From Synechococcales cyanobacterium S06 (GTDB lineage: Bacteria > Cyanobacteriota > Cyanobacteriia > Cyanobacteriales > JAABRE01): DNA of 64,000 bases. A program made the position numbers and the translations under genes. Below, piece after piece: positions 1 through 7,348 of this stretch (position 1 is the first letter of the stretch; every line of letters starts with the position of its first letter). The notes below the pieces were generated by a model that had not been told where the DNA came from, searched no databases, and saw nothing but the letters and a program-made list of their open reading frames with translations. The DNA lies in NCBI GenBank assembly GCA_011391125.1, contig JAABRE010000007.1, positions 30,660 to 94,659 of the forward strand, given 5' to 3'.

Positions 1-598
1 GTACACTGACATCCAAAATCTGCACCTGAGCCCCCATTCCTACGGCAATACGGGCTGCTTCTGTACCGACGATCCCCCCCCCTAAGATTAGCACTTGAGC
101 GGGTTTAACGCCTGGAAAACCCCCCAATAAAACGCCCCGGCCTCCCTGTTGTTTTTCGAGGTAACGTGCGCCAAACTGCACTGCTAAACGACCAGCAATT
201 ATGCTCATGGGAGTCAGTAGAGGTAAGCTGCCATCAGCTAAAGCGACGGTTTCGTAGGCGATCGCTGTTACACCAGAATTGAGGAGAGCTTCAGTTAAAG
301 GGCGATCGGCCGCTAAATGAAGGTAGGTAAATAAAAGCTGATGGGGTTGTAAATATTGATATTCCGTGGCTAGAGGCTCTTTGACCTTAACAACCATATT
401 TTGCGACCAAGCTTCTGTGGCTGAAACAATCTTTGCACCAGCATGGAGGTAATCTTCATTAGCAAAACCTGCCCCAATTCCGGCGTTATTTTCCACAAAA
501 ACGCTATGATTATTTTTAACAAGCTCCCTGACACTACTGGGAGTTAAACCGACGCGAAATTCTTGATCTTTGATTTCTTTGGGAACACCAATTTCCAT
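1..598 (-). CDS. ald: Alanine dehydrogenase, N-terminal ~199 codons (3' end lies outside the window)
   Basis: Absent from the ORF track because the window edge truncates it. The reverse complement from the ATG (complement of 596-598) reads MEIGVPKEIKDQEFRVGLTP..., and later QGGRGVLLGGFPGVKPAQVLILGGGIVGTE. These are the classic Ald N-terminus and the GxGxxG NAD-binding loop. Confidence 0.85.
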   Translation of the reverse strand, partial: MEIGVPKEIKDQEFRVGLTPSSVRELVKNNHSVFVENNAGIGAGFANEDYLHAGAKIVSATEAWSQNMVVKVKEPLATEYQYLQPHQLLFTYLHLAADRPLTEALLNSGVTAIAYETVALADGSLPLLTPMSIIAGRLAVQFGARYLEKQQGGRGVLLGGFPGVKPAQVLILGGGIVGTEAARIAVGMGAQVQILDVSV

Positions 599-710
599 GA
601 ATAATCTCTCCTTAAACAGTTCACAGTTCAAAGTTAACAGTAAATCATTAATTATAAACAGTTAACCCTAAACATTTAACAGTAATATCACTTATTTTAG
701 GCTCGCAAAA

Positions 711-1217
711 ATGAAAAAAATTAACAGTTTAGTCTCAATTATTTTGGCAAGTGTAATCTTAAATCTTGAGCCAGCTTTAGCGGGAAAATTGACTCAGTGG
801 ACTTATAATTTGGAGCAAAATCAATTAGAATTTACCCTAGAAGAAAGTACAACTCCTAATTATTTTATCTTAGAAAATCCGGTCAGAATTGTCATTGATT
901 TACCGAATACTAGATTAGGAAATGTCAAAATTAAAGAAAATTATATCGGTAGAGTGCGAGAAATTCGTTTATCTCAATTTAGCGAAGAAGTAACTCGATT
1001 AGTGGTGGAATTAGTGCCAGAAATTAAGTTAAATTCTGAACAAATTACCTTGGCACAAGTCGACAAAAATCGCTGGATATTACGTCAAAATGTGGACAAT
1101 GTCACGGTGTCAGTACCACCGTTACAGCCTCGTGATCAACCTTCAGCTAATTCCCCTCAAACAGAAGAACAAGAAAATAAATCGCCTATAATTAAATTTG
1201 GTGAACCATTGCCCTGA
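711..1217 (+). CDS. Secreted AMIN-domain protein
   Basis: 168-aa ORF with a signal peptide (MKKINSLVSIILASVILNLEPALA). The core NYFILENPVRIVIDLPNTRLG...VREIRLSQF...TRLVVEL resembles the AMIN domain found at AmiC/PilQ N-termini. The tail is Pro/Gln-rich. Confidence 0.7.
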   Translation: MKKINSLVSIILASVILNLEPALAGKLTQWTYNLEQNQLEFTLEESTTPNYFILENPVRIVIDLPNTRLGNVKIKENYIGRVREIRLSQFSEEVTRLVVELVPEIKLNSEQITLAQVDKNRWILRQNVDNVTVSVPPLQPRDQPSANSPQTEEQENKSPIIKFGEPLP

Positions 1218-1381
1218 ATGTACTCTTAATTTGAATCGAATATCAGTAAAAAAAGGGCGCATATTTTTCTGAAATCGAATACTTTGCTATTGTAGTCTGA
1301 TGTAACAGGAATAATCGTTAGTAATTTAGAATAAATTTGAAGTAATATTTAGACAGAAATAAAAGAGGTTAGAAAAATACT

Positions 1382-2014
1382 ATGAAAAATAAATTATGGA
1401 TTAATCTATTGACAGTTTCTACGTTGGCTCTTGTCGGCAATACGACTTTAAATCAATCTGTCAAAGCTGAAGGAGTCACCTTTGTTTGCGCACCTAATCA
1501 AAATGGAGCGCCGACGACTGTAGCACGTACTCCCCAAGGTGATGTTCCCATCGTTGTTTGGAATACTGAAAAAGGTGGCGGTTTTACCCCTCAAAAACGC
1601 TGTGAAATAGTATCAGCTAAGTTTCAGGATTTTCATGTTCGGGGTATTTTGACATATATGACCACAGGTAGGGAAAATCGACAAAACGTGATTTGTGTTG
1701 CTCAAACCGAAAATGGAGATTGTGTTGAAACTTTATATACCATCTCTGACCAAAAAGCAGATCCAGGAGCCAAACTGAAACAATTATTAGATGTGCGTCT
1801 TCAAGCTTCGGGTCCCATTAGCGAGACCAATGGCCGTATTTATATTGATATGAATCAATACTTGAGGGACGCAATCAACGCCAAGGTAACTATACCGAAT
1901 AGCAATCTACCACCTTCTCAACCTTCCTCTTCTAATGTAACTGATCCCGAAACCTCCGTTAATCCTCGTCAACCTGTTGAAGTTCAACCCGGAAAACCGG
2001 TTCCCCTTTGGTAA
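1382..2014 (+). CDS. COP23 (circadian oscillating protein 23) domain protein, secreted
   Basis: 210-aa ORF with a signal peptide. VTFVCAPNQNGAPTTVARTPQGDVPIVVWNTE...FTPQKRCEIVSAKFQ...NVICVAQTENGDCVETLYT matches the conserved Cys-containing COP23 pattern as I recall it. Confidence 0.75.
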   Translation: MKNKLWINLLTVSTLALVGNTTLNQSVKAEGVTFVCAPNQNGAPTTVARTPQGDVPIVVWNTEKGGGFTPQKRCEIVSAKFQDFHVRGILTYMTTGRENRQNVICVAQTENGDCVETLYTISDQKADPGAKLKQLLDVRLQASGPISETNGRIYIDMNQYLRDAINAKVTIPNSNLPPSQPSSSNVTDPETSVNPRQPVEVQPGKPVPLW

Positions 2015-2706
2015 TCTGTTCTTATTTGGAAGTTTTGGCAACGCTCTAAAATTAGCAGGGCTCAATCATGGGTCCGTCGTTAAAAACGGTGGGGAATTAG
2101 GGTATTGGGGGATTGGGGGGATTTTTCACTCTCGGATTTTAAATCAGAATTAAAAGTCAGAAAATTATCAATTTGTAGCTAGAAATTATCAAAAAAAATG
2201 CTTATTCCCCTGTTTTCTCTTTATTGTTCAAAATAAAAATTTTAGAATGAAACAGCCCTGCCTAAAATTATGGTTTTGTCTAGTTGCAAGATGATTTATC
2301 AGGGAACAGAAATCTTACTAAAGATTTCTGTTCACCACATTTGGTTATACAAAATCTCAAGCAAGGTAATATTTTGGGGTTAAATTATTAATATTATTTC
2401 TCAAAAATAAAAATATTTCACATTTTTGTTACTATTTTATGGAGATGAAATTTGCACTTTTTTACAGCTAAAAAAAACACTAATCATCTCCAGCCGTTTT
2501 TAAAATTACCTTGATCAATATAATTAAATTTAGCAATGAATAGCGAAGAATTAGGTAAATATATTAGTGCAACCAAGGGATTTTCTAAACCTTGGTTGTT
2601 AGTACAATTAAGATTAAAAAAGTTACAGGAAAGGAAAAATACGATTTCCTCTCAAGAATATCTGACCAGAAAAAAAGGTTTCAGGTTTCCTCCCCTTTCA
2701 AGGGGA

Positions 2707-2842
2707 TTAATAATGATGTACCCCCCTACCCCCCCTCGCGAGGGGGGAAGTAATAATGATGTACCCCCCTACCCCCCCTCGCGAGGGGGGAAGTAATAAT
2801 GATGTACCCCCCTACCCCCCCTCGCGAGGGGGGAAGTAATAA
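2707..2842. repeat. 43-bp tandem repeat x3 plus a partial fourth unit; each unit carries a C6-TCGCGA-G6 palindrome
   Basis: Units at 2707-2749, 2750-2792 and 2793-2835 read (g/t)taataatgatgtacccccctaccccccctcgcgaggggggaa. They are identical apart from the first base. A 7-nt start of a fourth unit follows at 2836-2842. Confidence 0.9.
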
Positions 2843-2876
2843 AAATATTCCTTGTTTCAAGCTACAGTCTAAAGGT

Positions 2877-2904
2877 GTAGGGGTTAACGGCCGTTAACCC
2901 CTAC
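2877..2904. repeat. GTAGGGG...CCCCTAC perfect palindromic hairpin
   Basis: gtaggggttaacggccgttaacccctac is a perfect 28-nt palindrome. The same GTAGGGG-N-CCCCTAC frame recurs at about 48281-48313, 49616-49645 and 55343-55372. Confidence 0.85.
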
Positions 2905-2908
2905 TGTT

Positions 2909-2936
2909 AACTGATAACTGATAACTGATAACTGAA
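2909..2936. repeat. Heptamer tandem repeat (AACTGAT x3 plus a variant)
   Basis: Read directly as aactgat aactgat aactgat aactgaa. It belongs to the same heptamer family as 28794, 41041, 49401 and 55445. Confidence 0.85.
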
Positions 2937-3020
2937 TTTAGGAGAATGGTGGAAAGGAATAGAAGATGAAGTATTTTAAAGTGTTAAAGTAAGGATAGTA
3001 TTTTAGGAGTTTATTGGTTT

Positions 3021-3482
3021 ATGAGTTTATCAGAAATGGACATTATTACTACTGAAGAATTAATAACAGAAGGTACTACTCACAAGGAAGTAATTGAAAC
3101 TGTCATCGGTAGTTTAGATTTCAATAATAATGCTATGGTAAGACAGACAGAAGATGCTTACTTGTGGAAATTTCAGTATGGTAGTGTGGAGGTTTTTGTA
3201 CAGTTAACTGGGGAAACTGATGATGATTTATTAACAGTTTATTCCCCCGTTTTAATGTTACCAGCTCAGGATGAAACTGGTTTAATGCGTAAGTTATTAG
3301 AGATGAATTGGTCCGGAACTTTTGAAACCTGTTTTGCGATCATTAATCAGCAGGTTGTCGCAATGTGTCAACGTACGGTGGCCGAACTTTCACCGGGCGA
3401 AATTTCCCGCGCTATTACTTTAGTTGCAACTATTGCTGATGATAATGACGAACTTTTAAAAGAAGAATTTGGCGCTAATTAA
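3021..3482 (+). CDS. YbjN-like (type III secretion chaperone-like fold) protein
   Basis: 153-aa acidic protein. WKFQYGSVEVFVQL...LTVYSPVL...LLEMNW...FAIINQQVVAMCQRTV..L...EISRAITLVATIADDNDELL resembles the YbjN family pattern. Assigned from memory only. Confidence 0.55.
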   Translation: MSLSEMDIITTEELITEGTTHKEVIETVIGSLDFNNNAMVRQTEDAYLWKFQYGSVEVFVQLTGETDDDLLTVYSPVLMLPAQDETGLMRKLLEMNWSGTFETCFAIINQQVVAMCQRTVAELSPGEISRAITLVATIADDNDELLKEEFGAN

Positions 3483-3493
3483 ATAAATTAATA

Positions 3494-3528
3494 GTAGTGG
3501 TAATTCCTGAATTACCACTACATTTTTT
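3494..3528. terminator. Bidirectional intrinsic terminator between convergent genes
   Basis: A 12-bp perfect stem (gtagtggtaatt / aattaccactac) with a 4-nt loop, followed by ATTTTTT. It lies between the stop codons of 3021-3482(+) and 3527-4153(-). Confidence 0.7.
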
Positions 3529-4153
3529 ACAACATAAAACTTTCGGTTATACTTGTTTCTCCTAAACTAATTTCCACCTTAAAACGTGTGCCCATTGTCG
3601 CTTTAAATAGTTTAATTTCTAAGTATTTATCTCCTAATTCTGAGGTGACAAATGGCTGACCTAAGTTCCCATTTTCATCTAATAATGATAGTTTAATTTG
3701 AGCAGGTAATTCTTCATTTTCTAGAGGATATAACTGAAATACTAGACTAAATTTATCTTCATTATCTAATTGTAAAAGTGCTAGTAATGCTACCGAATTA
3801 TTTGCTAATTCTAAGGTTTTTGTCCCCATCGCCCTCAGGGAATTTATCTCAAAATATTTGCTAATTACATTATTAACAAATATAAGTTTGTTTGCAGCAA
3901 AAACTGAGGCGATCGGTAGCCATTTTGCAGAAAAACAACCTTGTAACCATTCCAGACCCTTATGCCAAACGCCATTTTCTTGGTCATCTTCTCCCCAAGT
4001 TTCTAACCAATTTCCCTCTAAATCTTCCACATATAAATTAACAAAATCTAAGCCATGTTCTAGCCAGTCGCGTTGTATAGTTTGCTCTAATTCTAAGGCT
4101 TTTAATGCTCTTTGTAATCTATGTTCGGTGGAAAATTTTGTTGTCATGTTCAT
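3527..4153 (-). CDS. Hypothetical protein, DUF1822-like
   Basis: 208-aa ORF. The C-terminal segment QIKLSLLDENGNLGQPFVTS...LEIKLFKATMGTRFKVEISLGETSITESF resembles the cyanobacterial DUF1822 pattern. This is a weak, memory-based assignment. Confidence 0.45.
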   Translation of the reverse strand: MNMTTKFSTEHRLQRALKALELEQTIQRDWLEHGLDFVNLYVEDLEGNWLETWGEDDQENGVWHKGLEWLQGCFSAKWLPIASVFAANKLIFVNNVISKYFEINSLRAMGTKTLELANNSVALLALLQLDNEDKFSLVFQLYPLENEELPAQIKLSLLDENGNLGQPFVTSELGDKYLEIKLFKATMGTRFKVEISLGETSITESFML

Positions 4154-4177
4154 GCTGAAAAATCTAAATTTTTAAAA

Positions 4178-4873
4178 TTAACAATTGATTGCTTGATAAG
4201 AACCGTCTTTGAGTTGATCGCTACTCCATAAAGTGATATTAATTAATCTTTGGATAGCTTCATTTTCACTGGGATTATAGCTAACAAAAAGACCTCGCTC
4301 AATATGCCATAAGGCCATGGTTTCTTGCCACTTTACGTACTTTTCACTGTAATATTTTTCCGCTAAAGTTGTTACTTGAAGACAGATTGCTTTTTCTTGA
4401 CGATGACTAACAATTAAGTCGGTACCCATGGATAAATCAGCAATATAACGGCGATAAACACTACCGCCACGATTTACGATATCTTTTGCTAAATTATTTA
4501 AAAACTGCTCATCTTCTTGGATAAATTCTCCTGTCATTAATTTTTGTCGCCAAATATAAAGGTGATCGTCGTTTTTAGCTAACCACTTAGGAAAAAGAAT
4601 TTGATACCAATACTTTTGGGTCGGAGTCATTTTTGTTAACAATTCGGTTTCGATTTGTTCGGGAGATAATGTTTTTAAGGCTAACCAAATTTCACTATCT
4701 CGTATCAATTGTAACAGAAAATCGCTTAATAGTTTTTTAGCAGTAAGTGTCCCGGGGCGCAGGTCTCTTAGCCAATAATTGATCTCATCTAATCTCAGAG
4801 CGAGATTGAGGTCAATTTCGGCAGCCTCATCAAGGAGTATTCTTAATCTTTTTTTAATCTCTTGACCCTGCAA
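4178..4873 (-). CDS. Hypothetical protein (231 aa), likely co-transcribed with 3527-4153
   Basis: Long ORF on the same strand, 24 bp upstream of the DUF1822-like gene. I recognise no motif. Confidence 0.5.
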   Translation of the reverse strand: MQGQEIKKRLRILLDEAAEIDLNLALRLDEINYWLRDLRPGTLTAKKLLSDFLLQLIRDSEIWLALKTLSPEQIETELLTKMTPTQKYWYQILFPKWLAKNDDHLYIWRQKLMTGEFIQEDEQFLNNLAKDIVNRGGSVYRRYIADLSMGTDLIVSHRQEKAICLQVTTLAEKYYSEKYVKWQETMALWHIERGLFVSYNPSENEAIQRLINITLWSSDQLKDGSYQAINC

Positions 4874-4935
4874 AATTCCCTCCCCCGATCACATTTTTAG
4901 CTAATAAGTAATAGGTAAAAAAAAACTATCAACTA

Positions 4936-5655
4936 TTAACTGCTTAATGCTTGATTTTGTGCTTCAAATATCTCTTTGATCCCACTTTCAGCTAAGTCTA
5001 ATAATTGATTAAGTTCTTGACGACTAAAACTGCCTTTTTCGGCTGTGCCTTGAACTTCAATGAACTCCCCATTGCCGTTTATAATCACGTTGAAATCAAC
5101 TTCAGCGTTACTATCTTCCACAAAATTTAAGTCTAATACGGGTTTTCCTTCAACTATGCCCACGGAAACCGCAGCGACGGAATTGATTAAAGTAGAAGTA
5201 TTGATTAAACCTTTCTCCTGCATTTTCTTGACGGCCAAAGCTAAAGCAACGTAACTCCCAGTAATCGCAGCGGTCCGAGTTCCAGCGTCAGCTTCAATGA
5301 CATCGCAATCAACCATGATAGTACGTTCACCGATCGCCTCTAAATTAATAGTTGAACGAAGACTGCGACTAATTAAGCGTTGAATTTCGTGGGTACGTCC
5401 AGAAAGATGATGTAATTCCCGCTGGTTACGTTCAGTGGTTGCACAAGGGAGCATCCGATATTCCGCAGTCAACCAGCCTTTTCCACTACGATAGAGAAAT
5501 TGGGGTACTCGTTCAGAAATGGAAATATTACATAAAACCTTGGTATTACCAGCATGAACAAGAACAGACCCCATCGCATGGGGAGTATAATGTAAATCGA
5601 ACTTAATCGGACGTAATTGATTAAATTCCCGGGAATCTGGACGTTGGGCAGTCAT
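4936..5655 (-). CDS. rph: Ribonuclease PH
   Basis: 239 aa. [15 protein letters not shown]...[14 protein letters not shown]...[17 protein letters not shown]...[16 protein letters not shown]...[18 protein letters not shown] is the canonical RNase PH pattern. Confidence 0.95.
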   Translation of the reverse strand: MTAQRPDSREFNQLRPIKFDLHYTPHAMGSVLVHAGNTKVLCNISISERVPQFLYRSGKGWLTAEYRMLPCATTERNQRELHHLSGRTHEIQRLISRSLRSTINLEAIGERTIMVDCDVIEADAGTRTAAITGSYVALALAVKKMQEKGLINTSTLINSVAAVSVGIVEGKPVLDLNFVEDSNAEVDFNVIINGNGEFIEVQGTAEKGSFSRQELNQLLDLAESGIKEIFEAQNQALSS

Positions 5656-5746
5656 AATAAAATTAATCTATCTTTTCTTACAGTGTAGCGTAAACAGTTA
5701 TGATAATCTTGATAGTTGTTTAATAATAGTTATTTTGGGTAAATAG

Positions 5747-5836
5747 ATGGATATTCTCACATTAGGTTGGGCTTCAATTTTAGCTTTATTCACTTGGTCG
5801 ATCGCCATGGTTGTTTGGGGTCGTGACGGTTTGTAA
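5747..5836 (+). CDS. petN: Cytochrome b6-f complex subunit PetN (29 aa)
   Basis: Too short for the ORF track. It translates to MDILTLGWASILALFTWSIAMVVWGRDGL, close to the conserved PetN sequence. Confidence 0.9.
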   Translation: MDILTLGWASILALFTWSIAMVVWGRDGL

Positions 5837-5839
5837 GTA

Positions 5840-5986
5840 ATGATCGTGGAAACAAATTCTTTACTCTATTTTCTGTTTATTTCAGCTTTCGTCCTACTTT
5901 TGCTCGTCAGTGGTGGTGTTTTATACCTGACTACTGTGGAATGGCGCGATCGTCGTCGTCTTGACAAAGAAAAACGTGGTAAATAA
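5840..5986 (+). CDS. Small single-TM protein (48 aa), hypothetical
   Basis: The ATG lies 3 nt after the petN stop. MIVETNSLLYFLFISAFVLLLLVSGGVLYLTTVEWRDRRRLDKEKRGK has one hydrophobic helix and a basic tail. Supported only by position and its membrane-protein character. Confidence 0.4.
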   Translation: MIVETNSLLYFLFISAFVLLLLVSGGVLYLTTVEWRDRRRLDKEKRGK

Positions 5987-6055
5987 CCCGAACTAGGAGA
6001 TAATTTTTATAATTGTCTCCTACAATTAAATTATCGCCAAGTTTTCTGTTAAACT

Positions 6056-6286
6056 ATGAAACAACTAACGAGAATTACGTTTAATCCTGAAATTATGGGA
6101 GGCAAACCTTGTATCCGAGGTTTGCGTGTTACTGTGGGTACGATAGTTGGTTTAATGGCTTCCGGACAAACTCCTGAAACCATTTTAGAAGCTTATCCCT
6201 ATTTAGAATTAGCTGATATTTATGAGGCCTTAGCTTATGCTGCTTGGCGTTCTGAAGAAATTGAAGTCAATTTAGCTTCTGTGTAA
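6056..6286 (+). CDS. DUF433 domain protein (antitoxin-like), no partner gene
   Basis: 76 aa. IMGGKPCIRGLRVTVGTIVGLMASGQTPETILEAYPYLELADIYEALAYAA is the DUF433 signature. No DUF5615/PIN-like gene follows. Confidence 0.8.
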   Translation: MKQLTRITFNPEIMGGKPCIRGLRVTVGTIVGLMASGQTPETILEAYPYLELADIYEALAYAAWRSEEIEVNLASV

Positions 6287-6291
6287 ACTTT

Positions 6292-6756
6292 TTAATCTGG
6301 TTTTTTCGCCGTAATCACCTCCACAGGACGCAGGACATTTTCCCCAACCTTGAAACCTTGGCGAATAATTTTAGTAATGGTCTTATCTTCCACGTCCTCT
6401 CGAATTTCCCGATCTACCACTTGACAGAGACTAAAATCAGGTAAAGAATCTTCAAATTTAATTAAATTTACTTCCCTTTTTTCGAGAATATCTAAGAGTT
6501 TTTTCTGAATTGTACCAAAATATTTAGGTAATCTTTTGATAAATTGCGGTGGTAATTCTGGGTTTTCTTCCATGTAATTTATGAAGTATTCCACAGAATC
6601 AAATAATTCTAATAACTCTAATAATAACTGTTCTTTGCTTGCTTGAGCGCCTTCTTTTTCTTCCCTTACTGATTGTTGTAAGGCTACTTTTTCCTTTAAT
6701 AAATTACTTAATTCCTGTTGTATTTGTTCCCGTTGTTCGCTTTTTAAAAGATACAT
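6292..6756 (-). CDS. Minimal GrpE-like nucleotide exchange factor
   Basis: 154 aa with an N-terminal coiled coil. FDSVEY... (compare GrpE lDnleRa), LLDILEKREVNLIKF...FSLCQVVD (compare FDP..HeAv) and the terminal IIRQGFKVGENVLRPVEVITAKK (compare GY.l.drvlRpA.V.V.k) fit GrpE. Confidence 0.7.
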   Translation of the reverse strand: MYLLKSEQREQIQQELSNLLKEKVALQQSVREEKEGAQASKEQLLLELLELFDSVEYFINYMEENPELPPQFIKRLPKYFGTIQKKLLDILEKREVNLIKFEDSLPDFSLCQVVDREIREDVEDKTITKIIRQGFKVGENVLRPVEVITAKKPD

Positions 6757-6778
6757 TTTTTAGCTCCTGTTATTTTTT

Positions 6779-6903
6779 ATCTCACTCCAAGACGCAAAGG
6801 GGTTGGTCGGCTTTGCTGTCTATATTTGGGTTTTTTATCTCACGCAAAGGCGCAAAGACGCAAAGGGGTTGGTCGGCTTTGCTGTCTATATTTGGGTTTT
6901 TTT
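6779..6903. repeat. Tandem duplication of a CTCAC-GCAAAG element (58 and 67 bp units)
   Basis: Units at 6779-6836 and 6837-6903 share gacgcaaaggggttggtcggctttgctgtctatatttgggtttttt. The second unit carries an extra gcaaaggcgcaaa. Related copies lie at 20837-20937, 21836-21864 and 38415-38458. Confidence 0.85.
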
Positions 6904-6913
6904 AGGTTAAATA

Positions 6914-7270
6914 TTAGTCAGAAAATAACATTTTTCCTAGTCTTTTGTCAATTTCACCGCCATCTTTTGCCATTTCTATTATTGTTTCGAGGTTGTCAAA
7001 TTCGGGTAAGATTTCTAGTTCAGGTTCGGGTTTTTCTAATTCTGAAAAGTCCTCTTTTTTGAATCTTTTTATCGGTGGAAGTATCGGTTTTAAGTAATCG
7101 GCGATTATCCTTTCTTCGGTGTTCATTAATGCTTTGCGCGCCCCGGCAATGACATCGGGTTTATATTTTTTCCGTTTCATTGCTTGCATAAATGCTTTAG
7201 TTATTTCGGCATTTGATGCAGCTTGGGATACTTCTAAAACGTCGTAAGGGTTGATATATTCTTGGGTCAT
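6914..7270 (-). CDS. J-like domain protein with KPD instead of HPD
   Basis: 118 aa. [33 protein letters not shown] aligns with the J-domain consensus [47 protein letters not shown] aligns with helix III/IV. The catalytic His is Lys. Confidence 0.6.
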   Translation of the reverse strand: [118 protein letters not shown]

Positions 7271-7348
7271 TTTTGCCTCCTAATAAGACTTTGATTAAAT
7301 GGTTTTAAAAGATAATAAATAAATCCTTGTTAATAATTTACAACTATG

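Noticed and set aside
2047-2270. Possible MITE bounded by AAAATTAGCAGGGCT / AGCCCTGCCTAAAATT inverted repeats
   Set aside because: There is only one imperfect 12-16 bp inverted pair and no second copy in the window. It could be chance in AT-rich DNA.
2536-2796. 86-aa ORF ending in PPTPPREGGSNNDVPPYPPSRGG
   Set aside because: Its 3' third is simply the translation of the 43-bp tandem repeat, and it stops inside the third unit. The 5' part has no recognisable motif or ribosome-binding context, so I treat it as non-coding. It could be revisited if relatives conserve the frame.
6639-7062. ORFs 6639-6905 and 6826-7062 (containing [10 protein letters not shown]-like peptides)
   Set aside because: They arise from the CTCACGCAAAG repeats and from antisense reading of the GrpE-like and J-like genes. 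They are low-complexity and overlap better-supported genes.
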